The notes under the pieces: model-generated
What the model was told of the DNA's origin: nothing
What the model saw: the letters and a program-made list of their open reading frames with translations, nothing else
Database searches by the model: none
Assembly (NCBI RefSeq): GCF_963921235.1
Contig: NC_086097.1
Span: 231,696,001-231,760,000 of the forward strand
DNA: 64,000 bases
Source: Mobula hypostoma
Lineage: Eukaryota
Direction of reading: 5' to 3'
Shown: positions 37,479-50,774 of the stretch, one piece after another
How positions within the stretch are numbered: position 1 is the first letter of the stretch
How the letters are laid out: the number at the start of each line of letters is the position of its first letter
Made by a program: the position numbers and the translations under genes

Positions 37479-40400
37479 AATACTGGTGCATCCATATAGA
37501 ATGGAGATGAGGAGGGATTTCTTTAGCCAGAGATTAGTGTAACTGTGGAATTTGTTGCCACAGGCAACTGTGGAGGCTCAGTCAATGGGTATATTTACAG
37601 CAGAGATTGATAAATTCTTGATTAGTCAGGGCATGAAGAGATATGGGGAGAAGGCAGGAGATGGAGGTTGAGAGGGAAATGGATCAGTCATGATGACTTG
37701 ATGAGCCGAATGGCCTACTTCTGCTCCTGTGTCTTATGTCTTATGGTTATGGTCTCTTTATAGTTTTTAAAGAAGGGAAAAACATAATCAATTTACTTAT
37801 GAAAGACTATAAGGAATTCCTTGTCTCAGATGTAGAGGAATTATATGATTTTAAGCAATTTGTTCAACTGTTGCTCCACTACTTTGGAGTTAATTGACAG
37901 CATACTTATAGTGGCCCACACAGTGAGTTCCCAAACTCTTGCCACTGAATGAGTCATTTTTTGCTGAAGTATGAAGGGACAATAAAGCAATATTAATCAA
38001 AGTCAGCTCCAGCATGCTGCAAGCAGATTGCAAATCATAAACACAAGAGACTATAAATCATTTTCCTGTCCTGAGCTTTGGACAATGACTGCAAAATGCA
38101 GGGACAGTAACAGAATGAGGACATACTTGGAAATCAAGATGGGAACTTAACATAATTGCATCATTTTTAGCTGTACTAGCAACTCTCCTGTGGCACTGAT
38201 TGTCACAGCGTGAAGGGATACGGGGAGAAGGCAGGAGATTGGGGCTGAGGGGAAAATGGATCAGCCATGATGAAATGGTGGAGCAGACTTGATGGGCCAA
38301 ATGCCCTAATTCTGCTCCTATATCTTATGGTCTTATGGTCAACAAGAGTAACTTGCAATTATATTGTACCTTGAATGGTATTGAAACATCCCAAGACATT
38401 TTTCAGGAATGTAATTAGACAAAAGAGCAAAAGAAAATGTTAAAGTTCAAAGTACATTTATTATCAAAGTATGTATACATTATACAACCTTGAGATTTGT
38501 CTCCTTACAGGCAGCCACGAAACAAAGAAATCCAAAAGAGCCCATTAAAAAAAGACCGACAAACACCCAATGTGGAGAGAGAAAAAAAAACAGATTGTGC
38601 AAACAACAAAAGCAAGCGTATTATGTTCAGAACTGAAGTCCATCAAAGAGTGTCCGTCCACAGACCCTCAGTTCAGCGCAGAGCTGAGTACAAGTTGCGG
38701 AACAGCGAACTGATCCCCGCCTCGGGCTTTTCGACCCTGACCTTTCTAATTTGGCCTGGCACTTAAATTGTTGTCCAGACATTGGATTCAGTTGCTTCGC
38801 TATGCTCTGGAGCCTGGACCCCACCTCCTTGATTCAGCCTGCACCCTTTCCAATTCGGCCGAGCGTGTAAATCATCGTGCAAACATCAGGTCCCAATGTT
38901 TAGCACATATGTTGTTAAAAATTTAATTCAAGAAATAGGTTTTCAGGAGTATATTAGTTGGGTGGAGGGGACAACGAGCTTGAGGGAATACCATTCAGTT
39001 GTGGAAGGCAGAGGCAGTGATAGTGGAGCAAATGAGGGTAAGGAAACTAAAGAGACTGAAGCAAGGGGAAATTGCAATCCTGGGCTAGAAAGGAATTATG
39101 GAGATAGGGTAGAACAAGGCTAAGAAGAAACGCCAACATAGCGATTCCAGCTTCGGAATCAATCACGACGACAATAAATAAGCTTGCCTTCCCGTGCTGA
39201 ATGGTAAAGGGGTTGGGGGGATGGGGGTGTGGTATTGAGGGGAAGACAGTTATTGTTAGAAAGAGAGAACTCTCTAATTGTGATTATTTATCTTCTGTTC
39301 CTTGCGAGTGAGTATAGGATTACAGTATCAATCTGCACAGGAACATGGGGATTTTTAGGGAGCAGATGGAGGTGACATACCCATTACATAGAATTGCACT
39401 GGACAGAAACAAGCCATTTTGGTTCACCGTAGAGTCATAGAGTTACACATCATGAAAACAGGCCCATTGGCATAATCATCCATACAGACCATGTTGTCCT
39501 CTTAAGTCGGTCATATTTGCACACACTTGGCCACTACCTTTCTAAACCCTTCCTGTCTACGATTCTGTCTAAATATATATATTCAAACATTGTAATTGTA
39601 CCATCTTTACCATTATGTCTGGCAATTCATTCCACATGATCAACACCATCTCTGAAAATCTTTCCCTTTTAAATCTTACCCATCTCACCTTAAAACTTTG
39701 CTGTCTAGTTTTAGATTTCACAGCTCTGGAGAAAGAACTCTGACAATGCATTTTATCTACACACCATTCCACCCCCCCATTGTTTTCATGAACTTCCATA
39801 ACATCATCCCTCAGTCCTGGGAAAGAATTCCACTCTAATCAGTCTCACCTTATAACTCAAGCCTTCCTGTCCCAGCAGCACCTTTATGAATCTTTTAGAG
39901 TCATAGAGTCACAGAAAAATACAGCATAGAATCAGGCCCTTTGGCCCATCTAGTCCATGCTGAATCATTTAAACCGCCTACTCCCATTAACCCTCAATCC
40001 CATACTATCCAAGCTTCTCTTAAACATTGAAATCGAGCTTGCATGCACCACCTGTGCTGGCAGCTCATTCCACACTCTCACGACCCTCTGAGTGAAGAAG
40101 TTTCCTTTAATGTTCCCCTTAAACTTCTGCACTTTCCAGCTTAAGGGCTTTCTTCCTACCAATAGGCAACGAGAACTCTGTGTGGTTTCACCAGCACCTC
40201 GTACAGCTATAATATGCCATTCCAATTCTTGTTCTCAGTGTCCTGACCCATGAATGCAGGTGCTCACACACCTTTTTCACCACCGTGTCTACCTCTGTCA
40301 CCAGTTTCAGGGCTCTCCCAGGTCAGTGGGCAGTGGGTCCCATGATCAGATGTCTGTGTGAGCAGGAGACACGAAGAGGCACGAGGGCTGGGGAGTTGGC

Positions 40401-40525
40401 TCGCCCAGAGCTCAGGCCTGGAGTTCGGGGTTCAGCCACCGCCTGGTCCAGGGGTTGATACTGAAAATCAAAGCCCGAAGTTTCGATAGTACATCAGGAA
40501 TTCGAATGATGGTCGAATGGTCAAA

Positions 40526-40551
40526 GTGTGTGTGTGCGTGTGTGTGTGTGT
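40526..40551. repeat. (GT)n microsatellite
   Basis: gtgtgtgtgtgcgtgtgtgtgtgtgt. Confidence 0.9.
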
Positions 40552-40829
40552 ACCTACATATTTTGGCTGTTAACACAAATGAAGCATTTCCCTGTATGTT
40601 TTGATGTACACATGATTAATAAATGAATCTGAATCTGAACCTGTTTATGTGTTGCCCAAACATTTTTCATCATCTTTTTCACTTCTGTAACCACTTTCAT
40701 GGGCTTGTAACCCAAGGTACTTCTAAACATTAAGGTTCCTGCCATTACTCTACATATTCTACCAGAATTAGACTTCACAAAGTTCATTACCTCGCATCGA
40801 TTCAGATGACATTCATCTGCCTCCACAAT

Positions 40830-41850
40830 CTCCGTCAGCACGGTGCACCACAGGGCTGTGTGCTTAGCTCCCTGCTCTGCTTGCTAAACACCTATGACTG
40901 TGTGGCTAAGCACAACTCCTATGCCACACTCCAGTTTGCTGCTGACACCACTGTTGTTGGCCAAACCGAATCAGGAGGAAGACTGAAAATTTATCTGAGT
41001 AGTGTCTTAACAACAACCTCTCACTCAATGGCAGCAAGACCAAGGAACTGAATGTAGACTTCAGGAGAGGGAAACCAGAGATCCATGAGCCAGTCCTCAT
41101 CAGGGGATCAGGGGTGGAGAGGGTCAGCAACTTTAAATTCCTCAGTGTCCTGGACCCTCCACCCTAGTGTAATTGTGAAGAAAGTGCCTCTAACTTCCTT
41201 AGGAGCTGTGGAGCTTCAGCATGACACCTAAAACAATGGCAAACTTCTATAGATGTGTTGTGGAGAGTGTATTGACTGGCTGCATCATGGCCTGGTATGG
41301 AAATACCAATGTCCTTGAATGGAAAATCCTACAAAAGGTAGCGGATTCAGTACATCGTGGGTAAAGCCCTCCCCACCATTGAGCACATCCACATGAAACA
41401 CTGCTGTAGGAAGGCAGCATCTATTATTAGAGATCCTCACCACCCAGGCCATGCTCTTTTCTCGCTGCTGCCATCAAGTAGAAGGTACAAGAGCCTCAGG
41501 ACTCACACCACCAGGTTTAGGATCAGTTACTACGCCTCAACCATCAGACTTTTGAACAAAGGGATTAACTACACTCACTTGCCCACCCATTGATATGCTC
41601 CCACAACCAATAATTGCACTTCAAGGACTCTTTGTCTTGTTATGTCACGTTTTTGTTAGTTACTGCTATTTATTTATATTTGCATTTGCAGTTTGTTGTC
41701 TTCTGCACTCTAGTTGATCTTTCATTGATCCGGTTATAATTATTATCCTATAGATATGGACAGTATGCCTGCAGGTAATGAATCTCGGGGTTGTATTTGG
41801 TGACAGATTTGCATCTTGATAATAAAATTTGCTTTGAAGTTTAAACTTTG
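40830..41850 (+). mobile_element. Rex1/Babar-type LINE fragment, degenerate
   Basis: [27 protein letters not shown] and IIRDPHHPGHALFSLLPSSRRY..TTRF. Confidence 0.8.
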
Positions 41851-42129
41851 CCTTTGCTCCACCAACTTTTCAGCTGATCTACATATGTATGTCTGCTGTG
41901 TCCTTAAACAATCTTCTTCATTACCTATGACTTCACAAATATTACATGTAGAGAGGAAAGAGTTTTAGCCTATTAACTGCATTTTAGCTAAGAAACCTGA
42001 AGTGAAATGTTTGTGGGCTGGTCTCCTCCAAGTGATGAAAAGAATTGGATTGATTGTGATCAAGCAAGGAATGAGGAATCACACAGAGATTCTGTAGATG
42101 TTGGAAATCCAGAGTAACGATCACAAAAT

Positions 42130-42600
42130 GGCTCTTGTTGTGTGCTGGGGCAGCAGGCTGAGGGTAGCAGACACCAAGAGAATCAACAAACTCATTCGTA
42201 AGGCCAGTGATGTTGTGGGGATGGAACTGGACTCTCTGACGGTGGTGTCTGAAAAGAGGATGCTGTCCAAGTTGCATGCCATCTTGGACAATGTCTCCCA
42301 TCCACCACGTAATGTACTGGGTGGGCACAGGAGTACATTCAGCCAGAGACTCATTCCTCCAGATGCAACACAGAGCGTCATAGGAAGTCATTCCTGCCTG
42401 TGGCCATCAAACTTTACAACTCCTCCCTTGGAGGGTCAGACACCCTGAGCCAATAGGCTGGTCCTGGACTTATTTCCTGGCATAATTTACATATTACTAT
42501 TTAACTATTTTATTACTATTTAATTATTTATGGTGCAACTGTAATGAAAACCAGTTTCCCCCGGGACCAATAAAGTATGACTATGACTATGACTATGACT
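42130..42600 (+). mobile_element. Rex1/Babar LINE 3' fragment (young family)
   Basis: VVCWGSRLRVADTKRINKLIRKASDVVG; (CTATGA)n tail; near-identical to 18839-19436. Confidence 0.9.
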
Positions 42601-42639
42601 AAAGCATGTGACACATGATAATTTATGAAGGTAAGGACA

Positions 42640-44345
42640 AAATCTACAGATAAACACCAAACTAAAGTGCAGAAATTAAATAATGCAAGGTACGGAACTG
42701 ATTAACCAGTGACACTCCGAAGGCAATGTGGCAGGGAATTCAGAAGCCTAATGGCCTGGGGGAAGAACTGTTTCTCATTCTGACCATTCCTGTTTTTATG
42801 CATCCGAATCTCCTGCCTGATGGTAGAAAGTCAAAGAGGATGCTGGATTGGTGGGTGGGATCCTTAATAATACTGAGGGCCCTGCAAATGCAGCACTCCT
42901 GATAAATGTCCCCGATAGGGAGACCCCTATGATCCTCTCAGTTGTTCTCACAGACCTCTGTAGGGAGTTCTGGTCCAATGCTTGACTGCTCCCATACCAG
43001 ATGGAGATGCAGCTTGTCAGGATACTCTCAGTGCTGCTCCTGTAAAATTCAGTGTAAGATGGGGAGGTGGGAGGTGGGAGGTGGGAGGTGGGAGCCTTAC
43101 TTGCCTCACTCTTCGTAGGAAGTAGAGGCGCTGCTATGCCTTCTTGTTCAGGAAGGCGATATTAAGGGACCAGGTGAGGCCATCCATGATGTGAACTCCC
43201 AGGAACTTGGTGCTCTTTGCTCTCTCTACGGAGGGACCATGTATTCACAGAGGAGGATAGTTCATTTGCACCTTCCTGAGGTCCACAATGACTTCCTTTG
43301 CCTTCTCCACATTCAGGTTTAGGTTGTTCTTCTCACACCAATCCACCAGCCACTCCACTTCCGCTCTATACTCCGTCTCGTCATCGTTCTTGATGAGGAC
43401 AACCACTGTTGTGTCATCAACAAACTTGATGTCACGGTTTGAGCTGGATCCCGTGACACAGTCATGCATCAGCAGTGCGAACAGCAGCCGGCTAAGCACA
43501 CAGCCTTGGGGACCGCCAGTGCTCAGCATAATGGGACCAGAGATGTTGCTGCCACCTGGACTGCCTGTGGTCTTAAGACTGATTTATATTTATGCGTCAA
43601 CTCAACGCCGTAGCCTACGCAAGTGACCTAGGCGCGTTGTGAGCATTTATACTTGTGCGTTGGTGTGTCTGCATCGCTCTGCAATTTGCACACGTCATGC
43701 ATGCGCACACACCTGCCCGTGCAAGGTTTCATGGTCATGGTAGTCTTTCTCGGGGTAAACAAGAAGCGAGCATCTTTTTTCGTAAAAGCGAAATGTGTCC
43801 TCCATAATCTCGGAGGTCTGTAAAGCTTATGGGAAGCATTGCGGCCAGAGTTCCTTCCCTGCCCTTCAGTCGCCCCATGGGAAGCTATTGCAGCGTAGGA
43901 GGAAATGCGATGCTACCAAGCGGACCAATCACAGCTGTTGCGGTCTGCGTTGCCGTGACGTGTAATTACATTTTGGGAGAGGTGCGCGTCAGGCTACAGC
44001 GTAGGGATCCACGTGGCTCTGGGTAGGGTTTGCGGTGACGCAGTACTTACGGCGTTGAGTTGACGCAGAAGCATAAATCAGGCTTTACTGTTAAGAACCC
44101 ATTATCCAATTGCAGAGGTGGGTGCTGAGACCCAGCAAGGACAGTTTCACCACCAGTTTCTGGCGTATGATGGTGTTGAACGCCGATCTGAAGTCTATAA
44201 GTAGCAGCCTGGCATATGAGACCCCATTTTCCAGATGGGACAGGACAGAGTGGAGGGCAGAGGCTATTGCATCGTCAGTGGATCAATTTGAGCGATAAGC
44301 AAACTGGAAAGGGTCCAGTGTCGCCGGGAGAAAAGCTTTAATGTA
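42640..44345 (-). mobile_element. Rex1/Babar-type LINE fragment interrupted by a MITE
   Basis: Minus strand [21 protein letters not shown] (~44160-44310) and STGGPQGCVLS..KFVDDTTVV..WCEKNNLNLNVEK (43245-43529). Confidence 0.8.
43576..44084. mobile_element. PIF/Harbinger-type MITE (509 bp)
   Basis: ~36-bp imperfect TIRs (agactgatttatatttatgcgtcaactcaacgccgta / tacggcgttgagttgacgcagaagcataaatcaggct) and TTA target duplication at 43573-43575 and 44085-44087; no ORF. Confidence 0.85.
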
Positions 44346-44605
44346 TATCACAACAACAACAACTTACATTGCTATAGCCCTTTTAATGAAGGAAAATGCA
44401 GCCAGATGTTTTCCATGAACATTATCAAATAAAATTCACACAGGAGGGGCTTATTGATATAAATGACCAACATTTTGAAGAACGGAGCATCTGTGAGTTA
44501 CAGGAAGCTTGACGGAGGGGACCCAGGAGCTGAGGGCACAGCAGACAGTAGGGAAGCAGTTGTAAGAAGCCAGAATTAGAGCAAAGAGGGTTCTCAGGCG
44601 TTTCT

Positions 44606-44729
44606 GACGAAGGGTCTCGGCCTGAAACGTCGACTGCGCCTCTTCCTATAGATGCTGCCTGGCCTGCTGCGTTCACCAGCAACTTTGATGTGTGTTGCTT
44701 GAATTTCCAGCATCTGCAGAATTCCTGTT
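44606..44729 (+). mobile_element. Short Penelope-derived insertion with a minimal hammerhead ribozyme core
   Basis: CTGACGA-agggtctcggcct-GAAA-cg-TC-gactg (core begins at 44604, sharing CT with the TSD); perfect 16-bp direct repeat gttctcaggcgtttct at 44590-44605 and 44730-44745. Confidence 0.85.
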
Positions 44730-46282
44730 GTTCTCAGGCGTTTCTCTTGGGTTATTCAAGTGGCTACTTATTTAATTATTGTCAACCATCAATCAACACA
44801 GAGGAAATAAAACACTCACAACGAGAGAGACATAAACAGCTGCAAAGCCTACTTTGTCCACAAACATCTTATTAAGAAATGGAGAAAAAAAGCTGCATAC
44901 TCTGTGTGAACAGGAGAAGTGAAACCACACAATCTTTGCAGCCTCTGATGTGGTTGAATCCTATGACCAGTGTTGTACCACAGGAATTTCTGCTGGGACC
45001 CTTGCTGCTTACACATACACTAATATTTGGGAGGTATGATTTGAAAGCTTGCTGATGACATGAAATCTGCAGGTGTTATTGACTGAGTGATATTGACCAG
45101 CTGGCAAGCTGAGCAAGGCAATGGAAAATGAAATTTAATTTTGGTGAGTGAGTTAATTTTGATACTTTTTATTTGGTGATGGTGGAGGAGGGGATGTGCT
45201 CCAATAATAATAGGACACATACTAAGAATGGTAGAACACTAGAGAATATTGAGGAACTAAAGGACTTTGTGGTACAAGTTCGAGGATCCTTGAAAGTAGA
45301 AGCATAGATAGGACGTTGAAAATGGCACATGGAATGCTTGCCGTCATTAGCAGGGCATAGAATATAAATACAAGAAGGTTTTATATAATTCCACAAAACA
45401 TTGGTTAGGACACAGTGGGAATGCTACATGCAGTTCTGGTCACTATGGGAAGGATGTGATTGCAGTGGAGAGGATGCAGAGGAGATTCAGCAGGTCGTTT
45501 CCTGTGGTGAAATGTTTAAATTATGAAGAGAGACGGGAAAGGCTGGACTCACAGACATCAGGCCTCCAACTTTCCCAGTGGACTTGCAGACTCATGGACC
45601 CAGGGCTTTGGCCACAGCGCTTACCAGTCCAACATCCATCCATGGATGCCCTTCATTCATGTTGCTGCTGGCCTTATAACAATTACAGCATGGAAACAGG
45701 CCATCTCAGCCTTTCTAGTCCGTGCCGAAAACAAGGAGCAGAGGTCTTGACTCCACGATGCATTTGACGGCAAGAAACCATTCGATTTCCCCTTGACAGA
45801 GTTGTCTAAGGCCAAAGCTAATGAACAAGAGGTTTAGAGCATCTGGATGAACACTTGCATCAACAAGGGAAATACAGTATGCTGTAGTCCAAATGCTTTT
45901 AATGGGATTAGTGTAAACAGGTACTTGGTAAACAGTGTGGGTGTGATGGACTTAAGGGTCTGTTTTACTGTATGATTCTATATCTGCAATCTCCACTCCA
46001 CTACACAAAATTCAGGGAAGATGTTTTCCTAGTTGAGGACCAAGAGGAGGACTTTCAGAACACAGGTTAGGCCATTCAAGGTGAAATGAAAATAAATTTC
46101 CTCAGAGTTTAGTGATTCACTGCCACAGAGTACAACAAGCCCTAGTTATTGCATTTATTCAAAAGGAAGATTGCTTTATCTCTGACATGAAGGGAATCGG
46201 AGATTGTGAGACTGATGCTGGTAAAGAGCATCGGGATGGATTGGCCATGATTATAACAAATGGCAGAGCAGGCTTTAAGGTC

Positions 46283-46580
46283 CAGATGGGGAGAAGATTT
46301 AGGACGGAGATGAAGAGAAACTGTTTTTCCCAGAGAGCCGTGAATCTGTGGAATTCTCTGCCCAGGGATGCAGTTGAGGCTTCTTCACTAAATATATTTA
46401 AGAAACAGTTAGATAAGTTTTTACATAGTAGGGGAATTAATGGTTATGGAGAAAAGGCAGGTAGATGGAGCTGAGTTTACGGACAGATCAGCCATGATCT
46501 TATTGAATGGCGGGTCAGGTTCGATGGGCCGGATGGCCTACTCCTGCTCCTATTTTTTATGTTCTTATTATGTTCTTATG
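46283..46580 (+). mobile_element. CR1 3' end
   Basis: GRRFRTEMKRNCFSQRAVNLWNSLP; tatgttctt-type tail. Confidence 0.85.
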
Positions 46581-46599
46581 ACCGTCTCCTGTTTGTTCT

Positions 46600-46790
46600 T
46601 AAACAAAAAATAATCTGCAGATGCTGGGGTCAAAGGAACACTCACAACACGCTGGAGGAACTCAGCAGGTTGGGCAGCATCCGTGGAAACGATCAATCGA
46701 AGTTTCGGGCCGGAACCCTTTGTCAGGACTGTTGGGGGAAGGGGCAGAGGCCCTATAAAGAAGGTGGGGGGAGGGTGGGAAGGAGAAGTC
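46600..46790 (-). mobile_element. Penelope-like 3' UTR/pseudo-LTR with hammerhead variant
   Basis: Minus strand cagtcCTGACAAagggttccggcccGAAActTCgattg, preceded by a CT-rich tract. Confidence 0.7.
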
Positions 46791-46834
46791 AATTCAATTC
46801 AATCCAATGTGTAAATCCTCAGCAGAGGCCATAG

Positions 46835-47120
46835 TGCCATGGTGGTATCGCAGTTAGCATGATGCCATAATAGCTGGGGTGTCAGAGTTCAGAGTTCAAT
46901 TACAGCACTGTCTGTGACTGCATGGGTTCCTTCGGGTGCTCCTGTTTCCTCCCACAATCCAAAGGTATACCAGTAGTAATACCACTACTGAGTAGGAGGT
47001 TAATTGTTCACTGTAAATTGTCCTGTGATTAGGCTAGTGTTAAATAGCTGGGTTGCTGGGCTGTGTGGCTCGTTAGGCTGGAGGGGCCTGTTCTGTACTG
47101 TATGTCTAAATAAAAAATAA
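46835..47120 (+). mobile_element. V-domain (HE1-like) SINE
   Basis: tRNA-like head, gggttccttcgggtgctcctgtttcctcccacaatccaaag core, ggttaattg..gtaaattgtcc, tctaaataaaaaataaa tail. Confidence 0.7.
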
Positions 47121-48589
47121 AAGGGCTAAAAGAATTAGCAACATGTTGCTAATATTGTTAAGTATTGGCTTGCTTGTCAGTGGGATCCGCTCAGTGAAAT
47201 TGAAAGCACCACCAGCAGTTCCCACATATCTCTAATACTTGCACCTTTCCAGCATTCCTTCTTGACAACCATCGCCTTTAATGTGATCCAGACATTTACC
47301 AGAAAACGCACGTTGACCTCCGGAGTGCTCAAAGGAAGAATGCCCAGCTCACAGAAGTGAAATGGGTTGCAGTACTGCTCAGCTCTTTGTGACAGAATTA
47401 GCAACGCATTTGATTTTGTTAAGTGACATTTTTAATCAATTCAAACTCTACTAAAGCACATAATGATTAACGACTCTTGTGAACAATAATTACTATTTAT
47501 TGTTTGCACCTTCAGAAAATCACATTTATCGCTGCATTTTCCGGTTGCTATTGACACAATATTATGTGATCAAATGTCAAAATCACAGAATGATAGAGAC
47601 AGAGAATGTGGAGATAGCCCACAAAATCTATCCTGATCATTACACTATTCCTATATTAATCTCATTTTCATCCCCCTAAACTCTAATTCAAACCTCCCCA
47701 CGTTCTCCCACTCACCTCTACACTAGGCCTATATAGAGGCCTATTAACCAACTACCACGCACATTTTTACAATGGGAAGGAAAATGAAAAACCCGGGGGA
47801 AACTCAGATGGTCATAAGGAGATTGTACGAACTCCACCCAAGGTCAGGATTAAATTGGAGTCTTTGGCACTGTGAGGCTACGGCTCTGACTAGTTGCACC
47901 ACTCACTGGGGAAGAAGGATTCTGATAGGAGAGGAGAGTGGACCATAGGAGAAAGGTTCTACAGATGTACAGTTGAGACTGTCCTGACTGGTTGCATCAC
48001 AGTGTGGTGCAGAATTGGAGCGCTGACAAAAAGTGGTGGATGTAGCCCAGTTCATCACAAGAGAAACCCTCTCCATCATTAAGCACATCTTCAAAGAACA
48101 CTGCCATAAGAAAGCAGTGTTCATTATCAAGGACCCTACCATCCGGGCTGTGCTCTTTTCTCGCTGCCAGCACCAGGAAGGATGTACAGGAGCCTCAGGT
48201 CCCATACCATCAGATTCAGGAACAATTACTACCCCACCACCATCGGCTCCTGAACCAGAAAGGACAGCTTCATTCATCTCAACATTCCATAACCAATGGA
48301 GTAACTTTCTCTACAGCTCATGTTCTCAGTATTATTATATTTAGTGTGTTAGTTTCTCCCCAAACAGCAGGAATAAACAGAGGCCTGACAGCCTCACCCT
48401 AAGTGTCCTTGATGGTTCCAATTTCAACTTGTTTGCAAAATTCCCAAATGAAATTTTATTTTGAATGCCATCCCTACGGTATTTAGACTAATAAAATGAC
48501 ACAACCGTATACAAAGCAAAAGTCGTCCCTGTCTTATCAAATTGTGACCAGATGCAATGAAGACACAAAACTTTGCAAATGAAAATGCC

Positions 48590-49665
48590 TAATAAGGCAT
48601 TTAACCAAGTCCCTCGTGGTAGGCTGGTCCAGAATAGTAAGGCACATGGCATCCAAAGCGAGCTGGCTTGTTGAATCCAAAATTGGCTTGGTGACAGGGA
48701 GGCAGAGGGAGATGGTGAAGGGTGTTCTTGTGATTAGAACACTGTGACTCGTGTTCAACAGCAGAAATTGGCACTGGGAGCTTTGTTGCTTGTGATGCAT
48801 TTTCATGACCAGGAAGTGAATGTCGGGAGGATGATTAATAAGTTTGCAAACAACATGAAAGTTGGAGATGTTGTGGACAGCGGTGAAGATTGTCTAAGTC
48901 TACAGCGAGATATTGATCAGTTGTAAAGTTAAACAGAGCATTGGCAAATGAAATTTAACTCCCACAAGTGTGAGGTGTTGCATTTTGGGAAGTTAAATGG
49001 GGAGGACGTTCAGAGTAAGTAATAGGGCATGAAGGAACGGTGATAAAAAGAGAGACTTTGGGGTCCAAGGCCATACTTTTCAGAAAGCGGCAACACAGGA
49101 AGAGGGAGGAATATTTTTGGGCTCCTTATTTTAGAAAGGATACACTGACATTGGAGAGGGTTCAGAGAAGATTCACAAGAATGATTCCAGGAATGAAAGG
49201 GTTACTGTATGAGGAAAGTCTGGCAGCTCTTGGGCTGTATTCCCTGGAGCTCAGGAGAATGAGGGGGGATCTCATAGAAACATTCTGAATGTTAAAAGGC
49301 CTGAACAGATTAGATATGGAAAAGTTATTTCCCATGGTAGGGGATTCTAGGACAAGAGGGCAGGACTTCAGAATTGAAGGATGTCTTTTTAGGACTGAGA
49401 TGCGGAGAAATTACTTTAGACAGAGGGTGGTAAATCTGTGGAATTTGTTGCCATGAGCGGCTGTAGAGGTCAAGTCATTGGGTGTATTTAAGGCAGAGAT
49501 AGATAGGTTCTTGACTAGCTAGGGCATCAAAAGGGTATGGGGTGAAAGCAGGGTAGTGGGGATGAATGGATGAAGTGGATCAGCCCATGATTGAATGGTG
49601 GAGCAGACTCAGTGGGCTGAATGGACTTTTTCTGCTCCTAAATCTTATGATCTTATGGTCTTATG
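48590..49665 (+). mobile_element. CR1 fragments (old RT part fused to a younger 3' end from ~49110)
   Basis: NKFANNMKVGDVVDS.. and FWAPYFRKD..RFTRMIPGMKGL..RMRGDLIETF; cttatgatcttatggtcttatgg tail. Confidence 0.8.
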
Positions 49666-49764
49666 GGATCTTGGGGAAGGGTAAGGTTATTACTCTTGGT
49701 AAACACACATCTGTAAACTATAGGAATTTTCTGCATGCTATTTACAATAAAATTATCCTCTTCT

Positions 49765-50695
49765 TAGAGTCATAGAGTAATACAACACAGATACAAGCCG
49801 TATGGCCCATCTAGTCCATACCAATCATGTGCCCTCCCCAGTTAGTCCCAATTTCCTGTATTCGGTCATTATCCCTCTAACCTCTACCCCTCCATGTACC
49901 TGTCCAAGTGATTCTCAAATGAAATGATACTATTGTACCTGCCTTAACACTTCTTGCAGCTGATTCCACATATTCAACTCCTTCTCTGTGTAAAAGTTAC
50001 CCCTTGGGTTCATTTTCAATCTTTCTCATCTCACCCCATATCTATGCTCCTTAGCTTTGGACTCCCTAGGTATACATTTTATCTATGTATCCCATAATTT
50101 TAAACATTTCTATGATGTCACCCTTTATTCTCCCACTTTCTAAGAAATAAAGATCCAGCCTGGTCAAGCTCTCCCTATAACTCAGGCCCTTTAGTCCTGG
50201 CAATATTCTCATAAATCTTTTCTGCACTCTTTCCAGCTTAGTCAATCTTTCCCATGACAGGGTGACAAAAACTGTACCCAGTATTCCAAGTGTCGCCTCT
50301 CCAGCATCCAATCTCCTATACTTGCTCTGACTCTTGAAGGCCAGTGTGCAAATGCCCTTTTCACCACCCTGCCTACCTGTGATGCCACTTTCAACAGCTG
50401 TGCACTTGAACTCTAAGTCCCACTGTTTCATTATGCTCCTTACTGCACAACTATTTATTGGACAAGTCGTACACTGGTTTGACTTTCCAAATTACATCAC
50501 CTCACACGTATCTCAATTGAACTCCATTTGCCACTCCTTGGCCCACTGACGAACTGATCCAGATCTACTTGTAGTCTATGATAGGCTTCTTCATTATCAA
50601 TCACAACTCCTAATTTCATGTAATTCGCAAACTTTACTGATCAAGCCTTGCGCATTCACATGCGAATCATTTATATAAATAGCAAAGGTCCCAAC
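49765..50695 (-). mobile_element. CR1 fragment, degenerate
   Basis: LERVQKRFMRILPGLKGLSYRESLTRLDLYFLE..IKGDIIEMFKIM. Confidence 0.75.
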
Positions 50696-50774
50696 TGAGA
50701 AGTGGAATAATTGAACAAATCTGGAATAAAAAGCTAACTGCCAGCAAAACTCACAAAATGCAGGTCATTATATA

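Noticed and set aside
37763..37897. Protein-looking mini-frame FKEGKNIINLLMKDYKEFLVSDVEELYDFKQFVQLLLHYFGVN*
   Set aside because: Short, acceptor overlaps a CR1 tail, no donor before the stop, no recognisable homology
15127..37925. CACAGTG heptamers (~15127, ~24226, ~37919) as V(D)J recombination signals
   Set aside because: No ACAAAAACC-like nonamer at 12 or 23 bp spacing and no V/J coding segments seen
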